Assembly: GCA_011364925.1 (NCBI GenBank)
Contig: RDOA01000023.1
Coordinates: forward strand, 1 to 50,005
Direction: 5' to 3'
Length of the DNA: 50,005 nucleotides
Origin: Promethearchaeota archaeon
GTDB taxonomy: Archaea > Asgardarchaeota > Lokiarchaeia > Sigyniarchaeales > SOKP01
Numbering within the stretch: position 1 is the first letter of the stretch; every line of letters begins with the position of its first letter. Below the pieces are notes generated by a model, which was not told the origin of the DNA, made no database searches, and saw nothing but the letters and a program-made list of their open reading frames with translations. A program made the translations under genes and the position numbers. Shown one piece after another: positions 1 to 9,195 of the stretch.

Positions 1-325
1 ATCCAATATTAATATCTGGATCTGAAATGAGAGTGAGTACGCCTTTTGGCCCGCAACTCGATGCAAAAATCTTACCCCCTGAAAATTCTGATGTAACTAT
101 CTCCAAGTCTCCTAATTCTAGGTTCTTTCCTTGTTCCTCCGACGCACAGAATACCGCACTCGCTATTGCACCAATCCCATCAACATCAGCTGGGAAATAG
201 GAAAATTTGGAAACGCTTGCAATAGTTAATCCCGTTCTATCGACGAGGATGACCTTTTTAATCCCGCTCTCAGATTTTATAATCTTGGAGAGGATATTGT
301 CAAAACTTTTTGTATCAATCGACAA
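1..325 (-). CDS. Roadblock/LC7 (MglB-like) domain protein, 3' end runs off the window
   Basis: Not in the ORF track. Manual translation from TTG at 325: MSIDTKSFDNILSKIIKSESGIKKVILVDRTGLTIASVSKFSYFPADVDGIGAIASAVFCASEEQGKNLELGDLEIVTSEFSGGKIFASSCGPKGVLTLISDPDINIG. The LVDRTGLTIAS and IGAIASA patterns are typical of roadblock domains. GTGGTG SD-like site upstream. Confidence 0.88.
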   Translation of the reverse strand, partial: MSIDTKSFDNILSKIIKSESGIKKVILVDRTGLTIASVSKFSYFPADVDGIGAIASAVFCASEEQGKNLELGDLEIVTSEFSGGKIFASSCGPKGVLTLISDPDINIG

Positions 326-509
326 TTCTTACACCACTCTGGTTTTTATAACCTTTAGTATAATATTAGATTTTTAGATTTAAAATTGTTATTATTATTA
401 AAAAAGAATATATATATAAAAATATGTTTTTCCTTCAGATTCCTACTGGCAGAATTTGTCTGAGAAATGTTTTTATTTCCACTTGACCTATTTTATGTGA
501 ATCAATCTG

Positions 510-1382
510 ATGAAGAGGCAAGTATTCGTAAAATTATGCTTAATTGTTTTCATCATAGGTATAAATGGATCTTATGTTAGATATGGATTTTCTAACCCTG
601 CGCCCATTCAACTCTTGAATTATGCGGGAGGATTTATTCCAAATGAAGATGTGAATATCACTCTTTTAGATGCTAGCGTTTTTATTGATGCGAATACAGA
701 GGATTTCAATGCCCTTGGGGAAATAAGTTTCAATGGAAATTACACCATTTTTAATTATGATAACACGACAAATATTACTATTGCCGCTCCATTCCATTTT
801 TATCCAACTAATAATTGCATCATTACGGTAAACGGATCAATTACTCCCTACATTCTATATAATTATTGGGAGGATGAAGCTGAAATATGGAACGAGTATT
901 TGATTAATAGAACTGAAATTCCCGTTTATCGTTGTTTTTGGCTTTTATTTAACATAACTATCCCGAAAAGTCAATTTTTGAAAATTTCATATGAATTTTA
1001 TACTCCTAGCGATATATATTACCCAAAGTGGGGGTACTATTATCTAATTTATGATGTAGGTACCTCAAGAATTTGGAATGGGAATATTACTGAAAAAGTC
1101 CGTATAAACATTCACGGAAATCTACCTGATATTATTTATAATGAGGAAGCTTGTACAATTCAAGATTGTTATGATGGTAAAATTTACACATGGAATTGGA
1201 CTAATGAGTGCATTGATATTGACTATGTTGGAGTTTCTTATTATTTTGGATCATCTCCTACTTATAATCCAGATATATTTTCATTAATCATTTTGAGCTT
1301 GGTTCTCATAGGTATCATTGGAATACCAATATTCATTTTTTGGTATTCAATCCATACTAAAAGAAGGAATAAACTTGAGTAA
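510..1382 (+). CDS. Secreted, C-terminally membrane-anchored hypothetical protein
   Basis: N-terminal signal-like hydrophobic segment, beta-rich core with many N-x-S/T sequons, C-terminal TM helix followed by KRRNK. Confidence 0.7.
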   Translation: MKRQVFVKLCLIVFIIGINGSYVRYGFSNPAPIQLLNYAGGFIPNEDVNITLLDASVFIDANTEDFNALGEISFNGNYTIFNYDNTTNITIAAPFHFYPTNNCIITVNGSITPYILYNYWEDEAEIWNEYLINRTEIPVYRCFWLLFNITIPKSQFLKISYEFYTPSDIYYPKWGYYYLIYDVGTSRIWNGNITEKVRINIHGNLPDIIYNEEACTIQDCYDGKIYTWNWTNECIDIDYVGVSYYFGSSPTYNPDIFSLIILSLVLIGIIGIPIFIFWYSIHTKRRNKLE

Positions 1383-1654
1383 TTTTAATGCTAATTACTC
1401 AGTTAGATTGTTTTAATTTTTCCTTCTAAAAAGACTTTAACAGGGTAATTATCTATATCAATTGATAATGCTTTGTATGCGTATCAATAATTTCATTGCT
1501 TTCAGTTGAGATATGGAGATTAATCCTATTTTTAGTAACAAGTGAACTGTAAGGTTAATAGATGTGTCGAAATATAAATCAAAACCACATTCTTTATAAT
1601 CGTAAAAACGCTAACATTTTATAATACCATCTTAAAACAGACAAGTTAACAACA

Positions 1655-2374
1655 ATGCTACTTCAGAGCGCCTTTACTCAAAGAATTATCTTTGCGTTAC
1701 TTGCTCAAACTTGGCCGATCATCTATAGCTCTTATTTCACTTACAAGTTGCTTAAGCGAGCCAGAAATAGGGCAACTTATACACTGACTTGCTTCTTTAT
1801 TTTGTTTGCTCTTACAGATATCCTTGCTAATCTTTCAATTTTGTTGCTAAATACTCCCTTAGCATACTTTTTTTATATATTAGCCATGTATTTTTTCTTT
1901 TTCGATCACTGTTTCTTTATTATTTTTAGTTGGGTGCTTGTAAAACTTGAAGAAAAAATCCCTAATTGGAAGTTTAGTTTAACGATTATCATTTATGGAT
2001 TCATATCCACTTACGTTTTCTGGATAGGGTTTTACTTCAATGGGATAAAGTATGATGCGACTACAGGGTGGATTCCTAACTATAGCTGGTTTTTTGTTAT
2101 ACTTAGTTGGACTTTTTTAGTGGCTTTTCTAATTATACCCCAAAGTTATTTTTCGTTCAAGCTTTTAAAAACATTTGAAGGACTTATCCTAAAACGTAGA
2201 ATTAAGATGTTTATAATTAGCACATTTTTCCAACTCGGAGTGGTTTTTGCATTCTTTTTGTATCATTTTTTAGTTGGAAACCAAATATACCGCACAGCCT
2301 ATATGGTGACAGCGCTAATAATATCTACGTTAGCAGGATTTTTAATCTACAAGAGTTTTGTTAAGGAGTTATGA
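1655..2374 (+). CDS. Stand-alone 7-TM membrane protein (receptor-like topology)
   Basis: About seven hydrophobic segments, with a longer polar loop (GIKYDATTGWIPNYS) between TM4 and TM5. Confidence 0.65.
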   Translation: MLLQSAFTQRIIFALLAQTWPIIYSSYFTYKLLKRARNRATYTLTCFFILFALTDILANLSILLLNTPLAYFFYILAMYFFFFDHCFFIIFSWVLVKLEEKIPNWKFSLTIIIYGFISTYVFWIGFYFNGIKYDATTGWIPNYSWFFVILSWTFLVAFLIIPQSYFSFKLLKTFEGLILKRRIKMFIISTFFQLGVVFAFFLYHFLVGNQIYRTAYMVTALIISTLAGFLIYKSFVKEL

Positions 2375-2492
2375 GTTTTACAAAAAAGTACAATCAATTT
2401 TTTATTATTTATATTTATTGCTGACTACAATTTAAAATCTGAAAACAAAATTAGGAACATTTGATAGTAAGACCGTTAAAATTGTCATTTTT

Positions 2493-3710
2493 TTATAGAA
2501 GGTTATTCTTTTTTACAATTTCTCTGTAGTGATCTCGTTCCCTTCTTAGAACTTTTATTTCCTTTTTAAGGTCAAAAATTTGGTCTCTAATGGACTCGGT
2601 TTCTTTTTCTTTCGTTGACACGCTTGCTTTAGTGTCTTTAACCTCTAACTTTAAGTTCGTAATAGAATCGAGATGGATGGTAATTTGGCTTTTTAACCGA
2701 CTGATTTCGTTTTTAAGGTTGCGGTTTACATTCTCGAGTTTTTCAATTTCTGAGTTTAAGTTAAGATTAATATTTTTCAGATTTTCCTTTTCGGTAGTGA
2801 CTCGTTTGGTCTCTTCTTCAATATCTTTAGTTCCAGTTACTTTCTTAGAAAGTTCTTCGAGTTGTTTTTCTTTTTCTTTTAAGAAGTCGTCCCGTTCGCT
2901 TACTTCTTGGTTTAAAACCTTGATCTCGTCCATTAATTTAGAGTTATGCTGATTTAGGTCCGCCATCTGTTGACTCCATTTCTCGAGTTTTATGTATTGT
3001 TCGCTAAGTTCCTTCTTTAACGACTCTATTTCTTCAGATTTTTTGGTGCTTTCTGAATCAAGTTCGGTGTACTTTCTGGTTAATTCTCTTATTTTGCTCC
3101 TTTTTTCGTCTAAGAGGTTTTGAAGCTCTTTAACTTTTGCGCTTACATCTTCTTCTTCTATCAGATCAAGGTTAGGTTCTTCTACTACCTTCTCTTCTGG
3201 CTGGTCGATCACTTTTTCTTCCTTTTCCACTTCTTCCACCTGGGGTTCCTCTACTTTTTTAGCTTCAATTACGCTCGTTTCGCCTTCAACGATCTCTTCC
3301 CAGTATGGCGTCAATCCTTTATTTTTCAACATTTCATAGTATTGGCCAAGGATATCGTCAAAATTCAGCGCTTCCCTCTTAGGTAACAATTCGTGTGCGA
3401 TTCTCCTTAACATTCCTTCAAATTCGCTTGAAAGAACATCGTCTTGAGACAAAAAGACGCAAATTGCGAAATTAGGGTTGCCAACATAGTGTCTGAACGA
3501 AAAACCCGAATAAAAACTCGCTACGCGAACTTCCGTTCCAAAAGTTAATTCAACGTAATTTGGCTCCATTTTTTTTTTCATATGTTGCTCTACTAAGTCC
3601 TTTAATGATTCTATGGTTACACCTAAGAACTCGCATATATTACTTGGAAACTGGGTGTCGATGCTAGTTTCCGAGTCCGCTTCAAATCCTAAAATAATTA
3701 TACCCTTCAC
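2493..3710 (-). CDS. Hypothetical protein: uDENN/longin-like N-terminal domain, acidic linker, long coiled coil
   Basis: N-terminal IIILGF...IDTQFP resembles the uDENN/longin pattern (tentative). Glu-rich linker, then about 210 aa of heptad repeats. Confidence 0.6.
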   Translation of the reverse strand: MKGIIILGFEADSETSIDTQFPSNICEFLGVTIESLKDLVEQHMKKKMEPNYVELTFGTEVRVASFYSGFSFRHYVGNPNFAICVFLSQDDVLSSEFEGMLRRIAHELLPKREALNFDDILGQYYEMLKNKGLTPYWEEIVEGETSVIEAKKVEEPQVEEVEKEEKVIDQPEEKVVEEPNLDLIEEEDVSAKVKELQNLLDEKRSKIRELTRKYTELDSESTKKSEEIESLKKELSEQYIKLEKWSQQMADLNQHNSKLMDEIKVLNQEVSERDDFLKEKEKQLEELSKKVTGTKDIEEETKRVTTEKENLKNINLNLNSEIEKLENVNRNLKNEISRLKSQITIHLDSITNLKLEVKDTKASVSTKEKETESIRDQIFDLKKEIKVLRRERDHYREIVKKNNLL

Positions 3711-3880
3711 TTTATCGCAACTTAATAGCGTAATTTTTAGGAAATTATTCGATCAAATAAATAATAATTTTTCAAGCTTTATGTATTTTATAAGCAATTA
3801 TATTGATATAAATATTAGACCTTTAGTTATAGGAATAGAACAAGAGAGAAAGCTTGAAAACTTTTCTCATTTCACGATTT

Positions 3881-5434
3881 TTAGTAAATTTGCGCTAAAC
3901 AGTCGCTTACTTGTTTTTCTTCTGTGGTTAAGTAGTTCTGTCTAAATATCAACGAAAAGAACTGCCGATCTCTTGGATTGAAATATTTATAACCGAATTT
4001 GTTCCAGGGGATTTCTTTAGTTAATGGAGCAATCAAGGAAATTCGATCTTTCACAATTTTAGTAAGCATGATTAAAATTTCTTCGTTTGTTGAGCGCTTT
4101 AAAGTGGTAAGGAGTACATCGTCAATAAATTGGTTCCAGTTTTCCTTGAATTGAATGCAGAATCGTTTGATATCGATCTTGTTGTCCACAATTAGTTTAG
4201 CAAGTACTTTTATCGCGATTTCGAAAGAGTTGACATTACCGTTTTGTACGCTTGAAATTATTGTACTCGGTATTGCTGGACCGTCTTTTCTTACTTGTGG
4301 TATGTTATATTCCGGTAAAACCCTTATTTGGTTCAATCCTAAAATATTCCTTACATCGTTTAAAGTTCCACCTGTTTCGAAAAATCGCTTGTTGATAATG
4401 TATTTCAGAAGCTTTTGAGCGTGAACGTCTCCAAAATAGGGGTAATCAGAAGCGTATAGAAGATATTCTGACCAATCTCGATTATCGACTGTTATCTTGT
4501 TGTTGGATTTGAACCACCTGCGAAAATCCTCGAAAAAGTTGCCTGCGCCCTCCCCATGGAGCATGGATAAATCTCCGTATGTGTTAGGTTGAACTACTGC
4601 GTTGTATACCTCGTGATCCCCGATGTTTCCTTGAGCAAAATGAGCAATTATCACTTTAAAGTGGGGTAATAACTCTGGATACTGTTGAGATAACACGGCT
4701 CGCGTTGATTTTATTAGTTCTGCTATGTCTAATATGGAACCTCTACCTCGCGTGTCAAATATTACGGGTAAGGAATGTTTCGCCGCCTCAACCAATACGT
4801 TAAGCGGTTTACCAGACTTAATATCGTCGATCCATCTTTCCGAACGGGGGTGTAATTTTAAACCACGAAGCCCTAACACTTCTCGCGCATATGCTACCTC
4901 TCTTACTGCTTTCTCGCCTTCCATAGGATCGCAACGTCCGTAACCGATAAGTTTCATGGAAAATGGGAAACGAGTCGTGAATCTTGAAACATTAATGTTA
5001 CTTGCTCGATATCGAGCTTCCGGATGTTTGTCTCTAAATACATCTTGGAATGGAAAAACGACTCCTTGATCGATAAACGAATAAAATTTAGATTTTTCTT
5101 TTAAATCAGAATGGCGATTGCCTATCGATTCTAAAGCGACATATAATTTATCTGTAAAAGGGTAAGGATTAAAAGACCAACTAATTTTCGCAAATTTCCC
5201 ATCGATGGTGGTTGAAAAGGATTGTTCCCCCGTTTTCATCCAATCGGCTTGTACTCTCCCTTGAACATTCCCCCAGAAATCAAACGTTCCCGTGCCAGGT
5301 GCAAGGGGATTCATCATAGTCGCTCCATCGACATCTTCTCCTAAATGTGAATGAGCATCTATTACAAACATATTTTCTACTCGAATTTTTCCGTCCTGCT
5401 CTATTGTAGCTGTTAGCATTTTTCTGCCATCCAA
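3881..5434 (-). CDS. Metal-dependent amidohydrolase (amidohydrolase_2 family) with C-terminal extension
   Basis: IDAHSH, GLKLHP, IIAHF and YASDYP motifs. Confidence 0.85.
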   Translation of the reverse strand: MDGRKMLTATIEQDGKIRVENMFVIDAHSHLGEDVDGATMMNPLAPGTGTFDFWGNVQGRVQADWMKTGEQSFSTTIDGKFAKISWSFNPYPFTDKLYVALESIGNRHSDLKEKSKFYSFIDQGVVFPFQDVFRDKHPEARYRASNINVSRFTTRFPFSMKLIGYGRCDPMEGEKAVREVAYAREVLGLRGLKLHPRSERWIDDIKSGKPLNVLVEAAKHSLPVIFDTRGRGSILDIAELIKSTRAVLSQQYPELLPHFKVIIAHFAQGNIGDHEVYNAVVQPNTYGDLSMLHGEGAGNFFEDFRRWFKSNNKITVDNRDWSEYLLYASDYPYFGDVHAQKLLKYIINKRFFETGGTLNDVRNILGLNQIRVLPEYNIPQVRKDGPAIPSTIISSVQNGNVNSFEIAIKVLAKLIVDNKIDIKRFCIQFKENWNQFIDDVLLTTLKRSTNEEILIMLTKIVKDRISLIAPLTKEIPWNKFGYKYFNPRDRQFFSLIFRQNYLTTEEKQVSDCLAQIY

Positions 5435-5456
5435 ATTTAATTAATATTTATAACGT

Positions 5457-7163
5457 TTAATCTCGCATTTCTTTTGGGAGAGTTAAGACTCCCGTTAAGG
5501 GATTATTAATAGGATCTTTACAATATTCAATGGTAAAGTAAATTAAATCGTAAAGTATGTTGGGATTTTCGTTATTATCCAATTTGTATTGATATAAGCT
5601 TAATTGATACTCCGCCTCGGTTATGGGGGGTTCTGCGTAACTTACGCTACCAAACACAGATTGAAGGAGTGGTTTCAAGAAAGGTGAATAGAGAAATCCA
5701 AGTTCTTTCAAGACATCCTTCAAATAAAAGAACATTCTTTGACATGCTTGCATCATATATCTTACTGGTTGATTAGGAGGTCCTAAATATTGGTCGGCAA
5801 AGTCAGGATCATATTGTATAAGGTGTTCTCGCGTAAGATTTTGAGGTCGAAACAACGAAATTAAACCTCGTTCAATAGAGGTTTTTCGATTATAAGCAAT
5901 GGTTTCACTTCCGGCATCAGGTACCCATACTCCTCTTTGCAGTAATTGTCGAGTTTTATAGCACATTGCTTGCAGTAAAAGTGCGATTCCTATTCGACGA
6001 CATATTGAGATCTGAGCGTCTGAAACTCGAATTTCTATCGTTCCCCAATCTGTGTAAGGAAAGACATCTTGGAAGCGTCCATCTTCCAGACTGGCCTTCT
6101 GGATTACTTGAAGGAAATAAGTCATCGTCGCTTCATCGTTAGAGGTGATGTAGGGGATGAAATGCTTCGGGTCGTTGTTACTGAGCATCGTAGTATTATT
6201 TTTTAACCTTAGAGAACGAACGCAGTTAGGGGCTGTAATTCTTTTATTCACAATTTTTACGACATCTGTGGGCTTGTTATTTAATATTGGCGAATTACAA
6301 GTCAAAGCGATAATATGCGGAATGAAGTTTCTTATCATACAGTAAGCCTGGATTTTCTCTAAATCATTATAAAAGGAACCGATGTGAGAGTGATCAGCTT
6401 GAGTTAGACCGCGCATATACTCTTTAGCAGCTGGATTTATAGCAGAAGCGATTATGTGTAAATCGTTAGGTAAAGTAGTTTTTGCGAGTAGAAACAATGT
6501 GCTTGCCCAATAAGCCAATTCCTCAGCATATTCACAAGGTGGGGTTACAAGCTCAAGGATATAAGTTACTGCTGTAACATTGCCATCTCGAGCAAATGTG
6601 TCTATGTCCACTTCTCCTCCATCTGGTAAGCGATACCGAATATCCATGGCGTATCCTTTTTCTATATCGTCTCGACCATAAGGTCGCGCAGTAACTTTTT
6701 CTCGAATATAATCAGGCACGGGTAGAAAGTCTTGTCTACCTTCATATAGGACTTGATCCATTATTCTGATAGCGTCTTTTACGATTTCTTTCATTCGAAA
6801 CACCATTTCGTCGCCAGGAGGATAATTTCCATTATCATCAGCTATAATTAGTTCCATTTCGATTCCATGTGTGAACGGTAAAATAGTCCAATGCTCTACA
6901 TCAACTAAAATTTCGGCCCACGATCTATCTGGAATTAGTATTTCTCTATAATCAGAACCAAGAAATAATTTATCGGTAGATCTATCAATCGAGGCACCTA
7001 AGTGTATACCCGATGGGAGTCCACTTACTTTCTTTTCTTTTGGTGCCTTGCCTTTTTCCTTACCTTTTTCTTTACTCATAAATGGAGCGAAGGTATCATA
7101 ATCATCATTACTAGATCCTTTCTTCTTCTTCTTTTTCTTGTCTTTTGCCATGGAAATTTTCAC
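5457..7163 (-). CDS. Glutamate-cysteine ligase GCS2/YbdK-family carboxylate-amine ligase (start possibly ATG at 7151)
   Basis: THGIEMEL, LELVTP, HSHIG, ALTCNSP and GTIEIRVSD motifs; Lys-rich N-terminal extension. Confidence 0.8.
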   Translation of the reverse strand: MKISMAKDKKKKKKKGSSNDDYDTFAPFMSKEKGKEKGKAPKEKKVSGLPSGIHLGASIDRSTDKLFLGSDYREILIPDRSWAEILVDVEHWTILPFTHGIEMELIIADDNGNYPPGDEMVFRMKEIVKDAIRIMDQVLYEGRQDFLPVPDYIREKVTARPYGRDDIEKGYAMDIRYRLPDGGEVDIDTFARDGNVTAVTYILELVTPPCEYAEELAYWASTLFLLAKTTLPNDLHIIASAINPAAKEYMRGLTQADHSHIGSFYNDLEKIQAYCMIRNFIPHIIALTCNSPILNNKPTDVVKIVNKRITAPNCVRSLRLKNNTTMLSNNDPKHFIPYITSNDEATMTYFLQVIQKASLEDGRFQDVFPYTDWGTIEIRVSDAQISICRRIGIALLLQAMCYKTRQLLQRGVWVPDAGSETIAYNRKTSIERGLISLFRPQNLTREHLIQYDPDFADQYLGPPNQPVRYMMQACQRMFFYLKDVLKELGFLYSPFLKPLLQSVFGSVSYAEPPITEAEYQLSLYQYKLDNNENPNILYDLIYFTIEYCKDPINNPLTGVLTLPKEMRD

Positions 7164-7178
7164 AACATGATTTTAAAT

Positions 7179-9038
7179 TCACATTATTGATTGGATAAAA
7201 GTTTTGAATATTTCGTAATCGTTAATAAATTCGTAGGAGAGAACCATATTAACGATGTTGAAATTATTACCATAAAATATACTACTTAAGTTCTCAACCG
7301 ACTTTCCGCCTTTAAATAAGTCGTTATCTACCATCACATCGACTCGGTCTCCAAAGGTTTTTACGATTCTCGATTGAATTCCGCTTACATCTTCGGTTAT
7401 GGAGGAAAGGATAACGGATGGTTTTCCTAAATAAGGAATAAAGTCTAAATTGTAAATTGTCACTCGATTTCTAATGCTTTCGGGCTTGAAAAATCGTTTG
7501 AGGGTCGCTTGAATGATTTTTAATTCGTCTTGATTGTGTTCACTTATTGAAGGAAAAATATAATACGCGAAAGATTTTTTTGAATTATAGCTTAATTCTG
7601 AATAAACTCTATCGATAATAGGAAAGATACTAAAATTAAAACTAAATAAGGATATAAGTGCGATATTATAATTATAATTACCCATTAGGATGTTGTTACT
7701 TGCATTACCTCCTATTAAGGAGAATTCTTTTACTTCATTAGTGATTTGTGACGTGTACATATTTAGTAGATAAAACTGAGAGAATTCTCCAATAGGTTCT
7801 ACCTTAGTTTTCTTTTCTTCAACCATCTTATAAATTTCATTGTATAAATCCTTTGCAACCTTATTTTTAAGTTCTTCTAAACTTAATCCTTGAATAAGTT
7901 TATCTGCTGCCGCGGGACTATCTAATTCTGCTAGAATACACACAGCATCTTTGAAATATTCGTAATTAGGATTCTTAAAGTTTTGATCAGATAAATCAAT
8001 TCTATTGGAACTGAGACTAGTTTGAATAATTTGGTTTATGATACTCAGGATCGGTTGGGATTGATTGTTACTATGTAGGTTTTTGGCTAAATTATATAAC
8101 ACTTTAATCTTAACAATATCATCTTTAATAAGTTCTGCAAACTTCAACGCAAGGCTAGCGTTTTTTTCAAGAGAAACAGAAATAACTTCTAACACTGCAT
8201 TTTGCTTGATAGGATCATCTTCAATAAGAGATAGTATCTTGTTGACTTGTTCTGGATCGATTTTTACATAATCAACTGCAATATTATTAATAATGAGGTT
8301 TTTTTTATTAATATCGTTTAGATCTCTTATGGCTTGTAATGTACTTTCAAGATTAAGAGTTGCGTTGGCTCTAATGAGGTTATAATATAATTCTGTTTTT
8401 TCTTTTTCATTAGTCAACTTTAACGAGTTTTCTAACGCTTTGTAGAATTCGCCAATTGAGAGATAAGACTTTGCCAGTATTTTCGTCTTTTCCTCAATCT
8501 CTCTCTTTGATTTATTAGCTGATTTGTTGTTGTTTTGTGCCTCGTTAGTACTAGTTGAGATTTCAGTAATCTGTTTTTCAATCTTTTTAACTTCGCTCTT
8601 ACTAGAGGTAATGACGAAGTTTTTTACGTCAAACCCATCATCTTTTATGGATGGGAGAAACTGTTTCTTTTTCAGTATTTGGTTAATTTTACTTAGTGGA
8701 ATTTTCTCTCTAATCTTTTGAACATTAACTATATATTCGACTATTCTCATCCAGTAAGCATTTACCGTCAACTTACCGAATCCGCTATTGGTAGGATTTA
8801 AATTTAGCTTAATCGCTTTAGTTTCTCCTGGTTTAAAAAGAACTTCTTCTAAAAATTCAACGGGTTTAACATCAATCTCGAGATTTTCACCTTCGAACAC
8901 AAATTTAAAGTGTTCTTCCTTAGTGGACTGATTACTTACTTGAAAGGAAACAGAGTTGTCAATACCCGGAATTAGGAGGTTTTGGGGAAATTGCGTTACA
9001 TTAATCGATATCACATGGTTCGGATCTGCGGTTGGCAT
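7179..9038 (-). CDS. Hypothetical protein: Ig-like beta N-terminus, alpha-solenoid repeats, alpha/beta C-terminus
   Basis: 619-aa ORF; alternating beta pattern over the first ~105 aa, then repeated amphipathic helix pairs. Confidence 0.6.
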   Translation of the reverse strand: MPTADPNHVISINVTQFPQNLLIPGIDNSVSFQVSNQSTKEEHFKFVFEGENLEIDVKPVEFLEEVLFKPGETKAIKLNLNPTNSGFGKLTVNAYWMRIVEYIVNVQKIREKIPLSKINQILKKKQFLPSIKDDGFDVKNFVITSSKSEVKKIEKQITEISTSTNEAQNNNKSANKSKREIEEKTKILAKSYLSIGEFYKALENSLKLTNEKEKTELYYNLIRANATLNLESTLQAIRDLNDINKKNLIINNIAVDYVKIDPEQVNKILSLIEDDPIKQNAVLEVISVSLEKNASLALKFAELIKDDIVKIKVLYNLAKNLHSNNQSQPILSIINQIIQTSLSSNRIDLSDQNFKNPNYEYFKDAVCILAELDSPAAADKLIQGLSLEELKNKVAKDLYNEIYKMVEEKKTKVEPIGEFSQFYLLNMYTSQITNEVKEFSLIGGNASNNILMGNYNYNIALISLFSFNFSIFPIIDRVYSELSYNSKKSFAYYIFPSISEHNQDELKIIQATLKRFFKPESIRNRVTIYNLDFIPYLGKPSVILSSITEDVSGIQSRIVKTFGDRVDVMVDNDLFKGGKSVENLSSIFYGNNFNIVNMVLSYEFINDYEIFKTFIQSIM

Positions 9039-9195
9039 GATTGAAAAGATATTTGGTTTTAGTAGTATATTTAATTGCGCAAAAAAGATATTATTTATGA
9101 TTTATAAGAAGGTAAAAAATGTGAACGACTGCTAAATTACCTTAATATCATCAATATAAAAGTTATTGATTTTAAATATTTACTAATAAAAAAGG

